Positions 39,110 through 47,871 of a stretch of 60,067 bases of DNA are shown here, one piece after another (positions within the stretch are counted from its first letter, which is position 1; the number at the start of each line of letters is the position of its first letter). Below the pieces are notes generated by a model, which was not told the DNA's origin, made no database searches, and worked only from the letters and a program-made list of their open reading frames with translations. A program made the position numbers and the translations under genes. The DNA comes from a virus (taxonomy: Duplodnaviria; Caudoviricetes): IMG/VR virus record IMGVR_UViG_3300021964_000066, positions 1 through 60,067 of that record; one strand, given 5' to 3'.

Positions 39110-40084
39110 ATGGCAACATCTTTGGCAGAAATCAGAGCTAAGCTCGCAAGTCAAGAAAACCGCGGTAGCGGTAACACAATGGGCGGTGACAATGGCATTT
39201 ATGCACATTGGAACATTCAAGAAGGTACTACAGCCCGAGTACGTTTCCTCCCCGACGCTAACACTAAAAACACTTTCTTTTGGGTTGAACGACTAATGAT
39301 CCGTTTGCCATTTGCAGGTGTTAAAGGTCAAGTAGACAGCAAGCCTACAGTGGTACAAGTACCCTGTGTAGAAATGTATGGCGACGCCTGTCCCGTTTTG
39401 GCAGAAGTACGTACTTGGTTTAAGGATCCTAGTTTGGAAGACATGGGACGTAAGTATTGGAAGAAAAAGAGTTATCTCTTCCAAGGCTTTGTACGTGATA
39501 ATCCAATCAACGAAGACAAGACTCCGGAAAATCCAATCCGCCGTTTTGTTATCAGTCCGCAGATTTTTAACTTGGTTAAAAACGCACTGATGGATCCAGA
39601 ATTGGAAAACTTGCCCACCGACTATGAAGGCGGTTTAGACTTCAACATCAAGAAGACTAGCAAAGGTGGTTATGCTGATTACAGCACCAGTACATGGGCT
39701 CGTAAAGAGTCTGCACTAACGCAAGATGAACTGCAAGCAATTGAGCAGTATGGATTGTACAACTTGGGAGACTTCTTACCCAAGAAACCCAGCGACGCAG
39801 AGTTGAAGATCATCAAAGAAATGTTTGAAGCCAGTGTTAATGGCGAAGCATATGATGCAGAACGCTGGGGTGCATACTACAAACCCGCAGGGTTCCAAAC
39901 TTCAACCGCAGATAGTGCTCCCCGTACTGAAAGTGCGCCTGCACCTGCACCCAAACCTGCTCCTGTAGTAGAAGATGTAGAAGAAGAAGCAAGTGAGCCT
40001 GTTGCATCGGCTCCAGTTGAGGCCAAACCCTCCAGCCAACGTGCTGAAGATATTTTGGCAATGATTCGTAACCGTCAAAAGTGA
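39110..40084 (+). CDS. gp32: Single-stranded DNA-binding protein
   Basis: VRFLPD, C......CPV, YWKKKSY, G.DF.IKK..KGGYADY..S.W and acidic/Pro-rich tail; SD AAGGAG. Confidence 0.88.
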   Translation: MATSLAEIRAKLASQENRGSGNTMGGDNGIYAHWNIQEGTTARVRFLPDANTKNTFFWVERLMIRLPFAGVKGQVDSKPTVVQVPCVEMYGDACPVLAEVRTWFKDPSLEDMGRKYWKKKSYLFQGFVRDNPINEDKTPENPIRRFVISPQIFNLVKNALMDPELENLPTDYEGGLDFNIKKTSKGGYADYSTSTWARKESALTQDELQAIEQYGLYNLGDFLPKKPSDAELKIIKEMFEASVNGEAYDAERWGAYYKPAGFQTSTADSAPRTESAPAPAPKPAPVVEDVEEEASEPVASAPVEAKPSSQRAEDILAMIRNRQK

Positions 40085-40108
40085 TCTAGTAGTCGCTTGT
40101 GTCAATCG

Positions 40109-40136
40109 AGTAGGGGAGACGGTCCCCTACTTTTTT
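40109..40136 (+). terminator. Intrinsic terminator
   Basis: AGTAGGGGA-GACGG-TCCCCTACT followed by T run. Confidence 0.85.
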
Positions 40137-40187
40137 ATTAAAATTTTCGCTATAAATTCTATATAGAACCTCGTTTAATTAAAAAAA

Positions 40188-41147
40188 ATGTTGAGATCGC
40201 ACCATTATAGTTTTTTTGATTATAATAAAATATCTGACAACACCAATAGCATTATAATTACTGATCATTTGGGTGGATTTGATGTAAATTACGAAAATGC
40301 TTATCTAGAAAAACTCAATACCATTGCTCAAAATAGGAATCGCAAGTTAATTTTACAGACTTCATATATACTTAACGAACATGTAGAAATAAAAAACAAA
40401 TACAAGTTCTTGGATTTTCGATTTTCAAATACCTTTTTCCCAAAAATTTCTTTTTTAAATTACAAAAATCCTCCTGAGGTAGACTACAAAAATTTTATTT
40501 GTAGTTTTAACGGGTCTGAACATATTAGTAGGAAATTATTAACTGCTTGCTTATATAAAATGAAACTGTTTAATCCTAACTACTGTAGTAAAAACTTTAC
40601 TTATTCATTGGAAATGTTAGATGGACATATTGCCGACTACGTAGGTGTTGACGATAGATATTACAGAAAGTTTTTTATATCTGAAGACAGCTATAGTTTT
40701 TTCCAAACACTTTATTCTTTTGGACATGTTAGATTTAATCACGCTAATAATATATATAACTTAGAGAATAAATTAACAGAAAGTTTTGTTCACATTGTAA
40801 GCGAAACTATGGCAACTAGTTATTATCCTTTTGTTACTGAAAAATTTTTGTATAGTGTTGTTACTAGGGGACTGTTTTTAGCCTATGCTCAGCCCGGATG
40901 GCACGCACATATCGAAAAGTATTTGGGATTTAAATTATACACTAAATTATTTGATTATAGGTTTGATTCTATAAAAAACCCAATAGAAAGATTAGTAAGT
41001 CTAATAGAAATGATTTATAAATTTATATTATTAAGTAATGATGAATGGTATGATTTGTATTTAATGGAACAGGAAACTATAGAGTACAACTATGATCATT
41101 ATTTCAGTGGCCGCTTTTTGCAACAATTAAAACAGCGTGCCGACTGA
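40188..41147 (+). CDS. Glycosyltransferase-like hypothetical protein, distant relative of 38037..39014
   Basis: VHIVSET......FVTEK...LGF.....FDY.FD motif; very AT-rich. Confidence 0.45.
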   Translation: MLRSHHYSFFDYNKISDNTNSIIITDHLGGFDVNYENAYLEKLNTIAQNRNRKLILQTSYILNEHVEIKNKYKFLDFRFSNTFFPKISFLNYKNPPEVDYKNFICSFNGSEHISRKLLTACLYKMKLFNPNYCSKNFTYSLEMLDGHIADYVGVDDRYYRKFFISEDSYSFFQTLYSFGHVRFNHANNIYNLENKLTESFVHIVSETMATSYYPFVTEKFLYSVVTRGLFLAYAQPGWHAHIEKYLGFKLYTKLFDYRFDSIKNPIERLVSLIEMIYKFILLSNDEWYDLYLMEQETIEYNYDHYFSGRFLQQLKQRAD

Positions 41148-41357
41148 TGACATAATGATGATGTTTGCTGCTTATCCGTTAGGATCGATAACATCGAAAC
41201 ACATTTATTTGATCAGAGTGCAATATTAGACAAAAAAACTTTTAAAATCAAATTAAAAACCTATATTTCTCATTGAATTTGGACAATTTATACGAAGAAG
41301 ATACTAGCATTTTTTATACAAGATATGCTACAATACATAATATATAAGGAACTAATC

Positions 41358-42434
41358 ATGGCAAAACCATTTGACGTAAGCAAATTTAGAAAAACAATTA
41401 CCAAAAGCATTGACGGCATCAGTATTGGATTTAGAGATCCTGATACTTGGGTCAGTACAGGAAACTATGCCTTAAACTATTTGATCAGTGGACAATTTGA
41501 CCGAGGAGTGCCGATTGGCAAAGTCACTGTATTTGCTGGTGAATCGGGTGCAGGCAAAAGTTTTATCTGCAGCGGTAACCTAATCCGTAATGCACAGGAA
41601 CAAGGCATCTACGTAATTTTAGTAGACACTGAAAATGCCTTAGATGAAAAATGGTTGCATGCACTTAATGTAGATACCAGTGAAGAAAAATTGCTAAAAC
41701 TAAATTTGGCTATGATTGATGATGTTGCAAAGTTAGTTACTGACTTTGTGAAAGAATATAAAACACTGCCAGAAGACGATAGACCTAAGGTCTTATTTGT
41801 GTTAGACAGTTTAGGCATGATGTTGACTCCCACAGACGTCAACCAGTTTGAAGCAGGCGACTTAAAAGGTGACATGGGCCGTAAACCTAAGGCATTGACA
41901 GCACTGGTGCGTAACTGCGTAAACATGTTTGGTGATTTGAACATCGGTTTAGTGGCTACTAACCATACTTACGCTAGTCAAGACATGTTTGATCCCGATG
42001 ATAAAATTTCAGGAGGGCAGGGTTTTATCTATGCAAGTAGTATTGTTGTTGCTATGCGTAAACTTAAACTCAAAGAAGATGATGAAGGAAATAAAGTGTC
42101 AGAAGTAAAAGGCATTCGTGCTGCCTGTAAGATTATGAAAACACGTTATGCCAAGCCTTTTGAAAGTGTACAGGTTAAAATCCCTTATGAAACAGGTATG
42201 AATCCCTACAGCGGACTTGTTGATCTATTTGAAAGCAAAGGTTTATTGGAAAAAGAAGGCAATCGGCTTAAATATGTCTTAGCAAATGGCACTGAAATCA
42301 AACAATTCCGTAAGGCTTGGGAAAAGAACGAAGAGGGATGTTTGGATCAAGTTATGGCGGATGTAGTTAAAAATCCGCATAAAGATCGAGGGCAGGCCAT
42401 TTCTCTTGAAGAGGAAATTACTAATGACGATTGA
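41358..42434 (+). CDS. uvsX: RecA-like recombinase
   Basis: Walker A GESGAGKS, VDTENALD, LDSLGM, TNHTY and GG.GF.YASS. Start re-called to ATG 41358 after SD AAGGA. Confidence 0.93.
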   Translation: MAKPFDVSKFRKTITKSIDGISIGFRDPDTWVSTGNYALNYLISGQFDRGVPIGKVTVFAGESGAGKSFICSGNLIRNAQEQGIYVILVDTENALDEKWLHALNVDTSEEKLLKLNLAMIDDVAKLVTDFVKEYKTLPEDDRPKVLFVLDSLGMMLTPTDVNQFEAGDLKGDMGRKPKALTALVRNCVNMFGDLNIGLVATNHTYASQDMFDPDDKISGGQGFIYASSIVVAMRKLKLKEDDEGNKVSEVKGIRAACKIMKTRYAKPFESVQVKIPYETGMNPYSGLVDLFESKGLLEKEGNRLKYVLANGTEIKQFRKAWEKNEEGCLDQVMADVVKNPHKDRGQAISLEEEITNDD

Positions 42435-42654
42435 TGTTGAAGTTTTAACAGAAACTTATTCAACCCTTAAACAATATATTCCACAAAAAGATAGACAAGA
42501 AGCCAGCGATACTCTTATGAGTATCCTAGTGGACTATCTCGGCGACACTGAAATTAAAGAGTTCAGTGGCATTGACGCATACACAAAACGCAGTTATGAT
42601 GAGTATGCAGGTCAATTTGATGACGATGAGGAATACGAAGACTACGAAGAATGA
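42424..42654 (+). CDS. Small acidic hypothetical protein
   Basis: ATG 42424 after GAGGA, overlapping the uvsX stop. Confidence 0.65.
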   Translation: MTIDVEVLTETYSTLKQYIPQKDRQEASDTLMSILVDYLGDTEIKEFSGIDAYTKRSYDEYAGQFDDDEEYEDYEE

Positions 42655-43892
42655 GCAGCAACCGGCACTTTCCGATTCACTCATCAACTGCTTGTAAAAG
42701 CAAATGGAATTGGAGCACTTTGTACCTAGCAACCGGCACAACTTCTAGTTGTCATAGAGTAGAAAAAAATCACATACCTATAGATAATTTTAATTCCTTT
42801 CATAATCTTCCAAATAAATTAAATGATAGAGAATTAATGCTTAAAGGACAGTGGCCAACTGGGGGGTGTTCTTACTGCAAAAACATTGAAGAAGTAGGTG
42901 GTGTAAGTGATAGGCAATATCATCTTCATATCCCAAATGCTATTCCTGATGAACTTCTAATAGATTCTACTTCATTGGTAGTAACTCCAAAAATTGTTGA
43001 AGTTTATCTAAACAATATTTGTAATTTGTCTTGTGTGTATTGCCACGAGACTTTTAGTAGTAAAATAGAAACTGAAAATAACAAATTTGGAAAAATACAA
43101 ATTGTTGAAGAAAATTTAAAATTTAACGGTAACTTACTTAATCGCACAGAACGTAAAACATATTTCGTTTATTTTTGTAAATGGCTGGAACAAAATATAC
43201 ACTCTTTAGAAAGATTACAGATTTTAGGTGGAGAGCCTTTTTATCAAAAAGAATTCAAAGATGTGTTAAAAATTATAAAAGCAAACGGCCACAGGAATCT
43301 AACTTTAAATATAGTTAGTAATTTAATGGTGTCTGATTTATATGAACAAATTGCAGAAATCAAAGAAATTATTTTATCTAAGAAATTAAAAAAATTATCT
43401 ATTATCGCAAGCATCGACGGGTGGGGAAACGAACAAGAATATGCGAGATACGGTTTGCAAATGCAAACTTTTTTAAATAATTTTGAATTTTTGGTTCAGG
43501 AAAAATGGATTGAACTTGGAATAAATCAGACCATTACAGCGTTAACCTTAAAGAGTATAAAAGATTTATATAATTATATAAATTTAAAAAAAAATAATAG
43601 AAAAATTAATATAAATTTTTCTCTGGTTATGGGTCACGAGTACTTAAATCCCAAAATTTTTGGTAAAAACTTTTGGGTAAACGACATGAAAGAAATTTTG
43701 CAACTTATGCCCGAATCCAATGAAACAGAAAAGATTACAAAAAATTACATGGAAGGCATTTTTTCGTACATAAGTAGTTCAGAGCAAAACATTGAACAAA
43801 TTCAAAATTTAAAATTATATTTAGATGAAATAGATCGGAGAAGAAATCTCGATTGGAGGAAGACTTTTCCATATTTAGATGTTAAAATATAA
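42651..43892 (+). CDS. Radical SAM protein
   Basis: CNLSCVYC (CxxxCxxC), ILGGEPF, ASIDG and extra N-terminal Cys cluster. Confidence 0.88.
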   Translation: MSSNRHFPIHSSTACKSKWNWSTLYLATGTTSSCHRVEKNHIPIDNFNSFHNLPNKLNDRELMLKGQWPTGGCSYCKNIEEVGGVSDRQYHLHIPNAIPDELLIDSTSLVVTPKIVEVYLNNICNLSCVYCHETFSSKIETENNKFGKIQIVEENLKFNGNLLNRTERKTYFVYFCKWLEQNIHSLERLQILGGEPFYQKEFKDVLKIIKANGHRNLTLNIVSNLMVSDLYEQIAEIKEIILSKKLKKLSIIASIDGWGNEQEYARYGLQMQTFLNNFEFLVQEKWIELGINQTITALTLKSIKDLYNYINLKKNNRKININFSLVMGHEYLNPKIFGKNFWVNDMKEILQLMPESNETEKITKNYMEGIFSYISSSEQNIEQIQNLKLYLDEIDRRRNLDWRKTFPYLDVKI

Positions 43893-43894
43893 CC

Positions 43895-44347
43895 ATGTGG
43901 TACAACCGTGTCGTTCAAGATTTAGGCAACATACCTGAATTCATTAATTTTTATGAAAATGAATTGCAGGAAGCCAAGTACGACTGTGGAGTCAAAGGAC
44001 ACTTAGAACGTAACATTGCCAACTTGCCTGGTATTACCGAACACAGATTTAATCAACTGCAGGAAATAGAAGCAGTGTTAAACTTTCTTAACATACAACT
44101 GCGTAAGATTCGTAAAAAACATTTTCAAAAGTATTTAGAAAACTATGCAAGAGCCTTAAGCAGTCGAGACGCTGAAAAATATGTAGACGGCGAGGACGAA
44201 GTTGTTGACTTTGAAACTATTATCAACGAAGTAGCACTAATCAGAAACAAATGGCTTGGCCTAATGAAAGGCCTTGAAAGCAAAAACTTTATGTTAGGAC
44301 ACGTTAGTAGGCTAAGAACAGCCGGTATGGAGGACATTACACTATGA
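43895..44347 (+). CDS. uvsY: Recombination mediator
   Basis: Helical 150 aa with LSSRDAEKYVDGE...W....KGLE.K.F pattern, close to uvsX. Confidence 0.75.
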   Translation: MWYNRVVQDLGNIPEFINFYENELQEAKYDCGVKGHLERNIANLPGITEHRFNQLQEIEAVLNFLNIQLRKIRKKHFQKYLENYARALSSRDAEKYVDGEDEVVDFETIINEVALIRNKWLGLMKGLESKNFMLGHVSRLRTAGMEDITL

Positions 44348-45141
44348 TAAGTAATGATACTGTGCAAGATAAAATAGTTTTAGTTACCGGAGGCTTTGAC
44401 CCTTTACATTCCGGACACGTAGAATACTTTAAGGCTGCTCGTGCCCTGGGCAGTCGTTTGGTTGTAGGTGTAAACACTGACCAATGGCTAATCCGTAAAA
44501 AAGGTCAGCCATTTATGCGTCAAGAAGAGCGTATCTTAATCATCGACGCATTAGAGTGTGTGGATGAAGTTTTAGTTTATGACGATGATGATGACAGCAG
44601 CATAGATGCTATCCGTAAAACACTAAAACGATACCCATCACAGGACATTGTATTTGCTAACGGCGGTGACCGTACAAAAAACAACATACCCGAAATGGCT
44701 GTTGTGGATCCTAGAGTAATATTTGAATTCGGCGTAGGCGGCACTGAAAAAATGAATTCCAGCAGTTGGATTTTAATGGATTGGAAAATGCCCAAAGTGG
44801 AGCGTGATTGGGGTTACTATAGAACTATTCATCAACCAAATAAACAAGTCAAAGTCAAAGAACTTACTGTTATGCCTGGCCAGCGTTTAAGTATGCAACG
44901 GCATCGGGACAGAGCCGAACATTGGTTTGTGGCAGAAGGCACAGCAACAGTATACTCACTGAATCGCAGTACGGACCAAGAACTATTAGGTGAGTTTCAC
45001 GAACATCAAGCATTACACATCAGTCGCACTCAGTGGCACCAATTATGTAACGAAGGTGAAGTTCCATTAAGGGTAGTTGAAATACAGTATGGCGAACGCT
45101 GTGTGGAAGAAGACATAGAGCGCAAACAAAAGGGGCAGTAA
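44344..45141 (+). CDS. Cytidylyltransferase-like domain fused to mannose-6-P-isomerase-type cupin
   Basis: TGGFDPLHSGH (HxGH) and FANGGDR, then R.WG.Y, VKEL.V.PGQRLSMQRH..RAEHW and EIQYG....EEDIER. Confidence 0.85.
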   Translation: MISNDTVQDKIVLVTGGFDPLHSGHVEYFKAARALGSRLVVGVNTDQWLIRKKGQPFMRQEERILIIDALECVDEVLVYDDDDDSSIDAIRKTLKRYPSQDIVFANGGDRTKNNIPEMAVVDPRVIFEFGVGGTEKMNSSSWILMDWKMPKVERDWGYYRTIHQPNKQVKVKELTVMPGQRLSMQRHRDRAEHWFVAEGTATVYSLNRSTDQELLGEFHEHQALHISRTQWHQLCNEGEVPLRVVEIQYGERCVEEDIERKQKGQ

Positions 45142-45153
45142 TTGCCCCTTTTT
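45128..45153. terminator. Bidirectional intrinsic terminator
   Basis: AAAAGGGGCA-GTAAT-TGCCCCTTTTT between convergent genes. Confidence 0.85.
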
Positions 45154-45154
45154 G

Positions 45155-45280
45155 TTATGTCATTACAACTGCAATAAACGCCATTAAGAATATGTTAAAT
45201 GCACCAAACAAGGGCAGTATGATGTGCAAGGGTGCTTTAATAGGCAGTTCTGCTGCGTCGTCTTGATCTTGCTCAGTCAC
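45155..45280 (-). CDS. 41-aa single-pass membrane microprotein (MTEQDQDDAAELPIKAPLHIILPLFGAFNIFLMAFIAVVMT)
   Basis: My translation: GTG start overlapping upstream TGA, SD GAGGTG, hydrophobic C-terminal half. Confidence 0.55.
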   Translation of the reverse strand: MTEQDQDDAAELPIKAPLHIILPLFGAFNIFLMAFIAVVMT

Positions 45281-45326
45281 GGATGCACCTCAAAATCCTG
45301 CCATTTCAGTAACAGCCATAGACCAA

Positions 45327-45416
45327 TCATAGATAGTAACTTCTTTTGATCTGTTCTACACGGCTAGCAGCCAATTTTTCGCACCACGTAAAGAACCAAG
45401 ATTTAAATGCGGCCAT
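45327..45416 (-). CDS. 29-aa microprotein (MAAFKSWFFTWCEKLAASRVEQIKRSYYL)
   Basis: My translation: SD GGAGGT upstream, overlaps neighbouring ORFs. Confidence 0.5.
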   Translation of the reverse strand: MAAFKSWFFTWCEKLAASRVEQIKRSYYL

Positions 45417-45579
45417 GTTGTGTACCTCCATAGTTACGCATGTCAAACTCGCGCATTAGTCGCTCAATATCTGCTACAGTGCGTGGAGCACGACTAGAAA
45501 TATAATAGTCCATTTGACTTTGATAAGTCGCAGTTTTCACTCCAAGCTTTTGTAAAGCCTGCTTAATTTTTTTCAACAT
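45403..45579 (-). CDS. 58-aa small protein (MLKKIKQALQKLG...YYISSRAPRTVADIERLMREFD...)
   Basis: My translation: SD AGGA and minus-strand TAAATA at 45636-41. Confidence 0.6.
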   Translation of the reverse strand: MLKKIKQALQKLGVKTATYQSQMDYYISSRAPRTVADIERLMREFDMRNYGGTQHGRI

Positions 45580-45722
45580 TTTGTGTTTTCCTATTTGATA
45601 ATGTTAGTAGAAACTATATTAGTGTTTCTACTGAGTATTTATGTCAGTGTTTCTACTAATATATGATATGATAATCGTATTCAGCGTAGTCTGGTAAATA
45701 TATTGTTACTATACCAAGAAAT

Positions 45723-46739
45723 ATGAGATACCAAGAGTTCCTTACAGAAGCAGTTCAAAAAAATCAAGTTATTACCGCCTTAAAAAATGCAGGATATGAA
45801 GATATCAAAGTAGATGGCAATGTAATTTTGGCTTTGGTTCAGATACCAGCCAAGCAGAAAAAAGATGCATTTAGGGCAGCAATCCTTAATGATATTTTAA
45901 ACAAAATGCAATCTGTATTTCCTGAATCAAATCCGCGACATTTCCAAGCACGAAAATTTGGTAGTTTGGGAGGAATTGTGTTTGATGACAGTGCAGTGGG
46001 CATTGCCGTCAAAGATCTCGGACAGCAAGGCGAAAAAAGTGCAGGTATAGCCAACGAAGTAGAATTAGCCAGTTTAATCAAAAGTGTAATTGAAAAATAT
46101 GGCAGTGCCAATGTTACATTTGTTGACCCAAGAGGGAACGAACTTACCATAAACGATGCTACTCAAGTTGACCTTGTAGGTAGAGATGTCAAAGGTAGAA
46201 AAAAATCTGATGTTACATTGGTTAGCAAAACTCAGCGACTACCTATTAGTATCAAGAAATTAAATGCAGATGCTTGGGAAAGTGCAGACAGTTTATTCGG
46301 ACCCAAAGCCAAAGAAATTTTACTAAATCTTCAAGACCAAGGTGTTATTGAACTTAAAAAGTTTAAAGATGACAGTGGAAGAGTGTTCTACCAATTGAGT
46401 AAAGAAATTGTTGTAGAGCCCACTGAAGAGGAAAGCATGAAAGCCATATTTGGCAGTGATATCAATCCTGAAGGTGGTGTGGTAATTCAGACTTTCAAAC
46501 CTGAACACTTTAGACAAGATGGCAATAATGTATTTGTAGAGTGCCATGCTATTATTCGAGAAAAAGCAGACATTCCAGAAAGCCATATGATGGTTTGGTT
46601 AATTAGGAATGCCAAAGAGCGCAATAATCCTCTACCAGGACTGCGTACACTGGGTGTAACACTGAAACGTGGTATTGGCGCCAAGGGCGACAAACCTGTG
46701 ATTTTGGTTGACCGATCTGGTCGTGTAATAAGGAAATAA
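45723..46739 (+). CDS. Putative PD-(D/E)xK-like nuclease with capsid-targeting-like N-terminus
   Basis: MRYQEFLTE N-terminus; G..NE helix followed by KSDV.......ISIKK; late promoter at 45695. Confidence 0.5.
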   Translation: MRYQEFLTEAVQKNQVITALKNAGYEDIKVDGNVILALVQIPAKQKKDAFRAAILNDILNKMQSVFPESNPRHFQARKFGSLGGIVFDDSAVGIAVKDLGQQGEKSAGIANEVELASLIKSVIEKYGSANVTFVDPRGNELTINDATQVDLVGRDVKGRKKSDVTLVSKTQRLPISIKKLNADAWESADSLFGPKAKEILLNLQDQGVIELKKFKDDSGRVFYQLSKEIVVEPTEEESMKAIFGSDINPEGGVVIQTFKPEHFRQDGNNVFVECHAIIREKADIPESHMMVWLIRNAKERNNPLPGLRTLGVTLKRGIGAKGDKPVILVDRSGRVIRK

Positions 46740-46743
46740 AAAA

Positions 46744-47028
46744 ATGTGGAGATCAGTTAGAACGCACCCTACAGGTCTAAAATTAACAGAAGATGAAATT
46801 GATAGAATAAGGAACACTTATAACGAACTTATTGCTAACGGTACAATTGCCGAGCCCCCACAAGAGATGGAGGAAACCGGATACTTTGATGAGCCTGGTT
46901 ATGTTGCAATAAGGTATTTTAACACCGAAGAAGAGCATACAATTTGGCGTAATGCTTCATCAACTGCAAATATCGGTATAGAATGGCCAACTGATATCAT
47001 TCATACATTTGAAGAAGTATCTGAATAA
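46744..47028 (+). CDS. Hypothetical acidic protein (94 aa)
   Basis: SD AAGGA, clean ORF. Confidence 0.55.
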   Translation: MWRSVRTHPTGLKLTEDEIDRIRNTYNELIANGTIAEPPQEMEETGYFDEPGYVAIRYFNTEEEHTIWRNASSTANIGIEWPTDIIHTFEEVSE

Positions 47029-47080
47029 GACTACTCATTTCTTAGTTTACCGATCTGGTCGTGTTATCCGCAAATAACTG

Positions 47081-47109
47081 TTGACAAAAAATTCCCGTTA
47101 CTATATAAT
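47081..47109 (+). promoter_or_regulatory. Consensus sigma70 promoter heading the tRNA array
   Basis: TTGACA-N17-TATAAT, 10 nt before the first tRNA. Confidence 0.9.
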
Positions 47110-47118
47110 AACTCTATT

Positions 47119-47194
47119 GCGCCTGTAGCTCAATGGTTAGAGCAGTAGACTCATAATCTATTGGTTGGGGATTCGAGTTCCTCCGGGCGCACCA
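47119..47194 (+). tRNA. tRNA with CAT anticodon (elongator Met or Ile2)
   Basis: Cloverleaf GCGCCTG/CGGGCGC, loop CT-CAT-AA, encoded CCA. Confidence 0.85.
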
Positions 47195-47203
47195 GGTTAG
47201 TAT

Positions 47204-47291
47204 GCCCGGATGGTGAAATAGGTAGACACAACAGACTTAAAATCTGTCGCCCCAAACAGGCGTGCCGGTTCGAGTCCGGCTCCGGGCACCA
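47204..47291 (+). tRNA. tRNA-Leu(TAA)
   Basis: GCCCGGA/TCCGGGC, loop CT-TAA-AA, long variable arm, CCA. Confidence 0.92.
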
Positions 47292-47416
47292 CGAGATTAT
47301 TATGAGTTTAGGTTCATTATACCTTTTGATTCAGTTCTTTAATAAACAAGAAATTTGTTTTTGGGACATTCACCAAGATTGATTTTGGATAAGTACAGTA
47401 CTTCAAGGAGAACTGT

Positions 47417-47563
47417 ATGGCAGCAAAATCGAAATTAGGTGAAAAACCCCAAGTCAAATTAAAAATTGAAAAGCGTACCAGTCAGGGCGGCAAAGTCAAA
47501 CGCTCGAGCATGAACAAAGGTCAGAAGCGTGGTTTTAAAGCATACCGTGGACAGGGACGCTAA
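47417..47563 (+). CDS. 48-aa basic microprotein ending YRGQGR
   Basis: My translation MAAKSKLGEKPQVKLKIEKRTSQGGKVKRSSMNKGQKRGFKAYRGQGR; SD AAGGAG. Confidence 0.75.
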   Translation: MAAKSKLGEKPQVKLKIEKRTSQGGKVKRSSMNKGQKRGFKAYRGQGR

Positions 47564-47572
47564 GTAAAAAGT

Positions 47573-47649
47573 TCCCTGGTAGCTCAGTCGGTAGTAGCAA
47601 CGGACTGTTAATCCGTGTGTCGTTGGTTCGATCCCAACCCAGGGAGCCA
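47573..47649 (+). tRNA. tRNA-Asn(GTT)
   Basis: TCCCTGG/CCAGGGA, loop CT-GTT-AA, GCCA end. Confidence 0.92.
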
Positions 47650-47655
47650 TTTTTG

Positions 47656-47684
47656 TTGACTTATAATAGAAACGCATATATAAT
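47656..47684 (+). promoter_or_regulatory. Sigma70 promoter
   Basis: TTGACT-N17-TATAAT. Confidence 0.8.
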
Positions 47685-47693
47685 AATACTTTA

Positions 47694-47769
47694 GCCGGTT
47701 TAGCTCATTTGGTAGAGCAACGCACTTGTAATGCGTAGGTGGTCAGTTCGAATCCGACAACCGGCACCA
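47694..47769 (+). tRNA. tRNA-Thr(TGT)
   Basis: GCCGGTT/AACCGGC, loop CT-TGT-AA, CCA. Confidence 0.92.
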
Positions 47770-47866
47770 TATTAAAGCATATCTAGTCGTATGTTGAGCC
47801 TAATAGGTCTACAACGGCATACGATGAACTTGCTATGTTGTAGTGGCATGGTGTGCTTTAATATGG
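47770..47866 (+). ncRNA. Candidate three-way-junction RNA with possible pseudoknot
   Basis: Closing stem TATTAAAGCATATC/GGTGTGCTTTAATA, two inner stems and a complementary CTACAAC/GTTGTAG pair. Confidence 0.5.
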
Positions 47867-47871
47867 TAAAT

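Noticed and set aside
41148-41340. AT-rich gap before uvsX as a gene
   Set aside because: Only short broken frames; possibly a decayed insert but unsupported
33697-42434. Intron or intein in terminase or UvsX linked to the HNH gene
   Set aside because: Both ORFs are continuous and of normal length; the HNH gene is free-standing
44344-45141. HxGH domain as NMN adenylyltransferase partner for NadE
   Set aside because: The FANGGDR motif and fusion to a sugar-isomerase cupin fit a sugar/polyol-phosphate nucleotidyltransferase better
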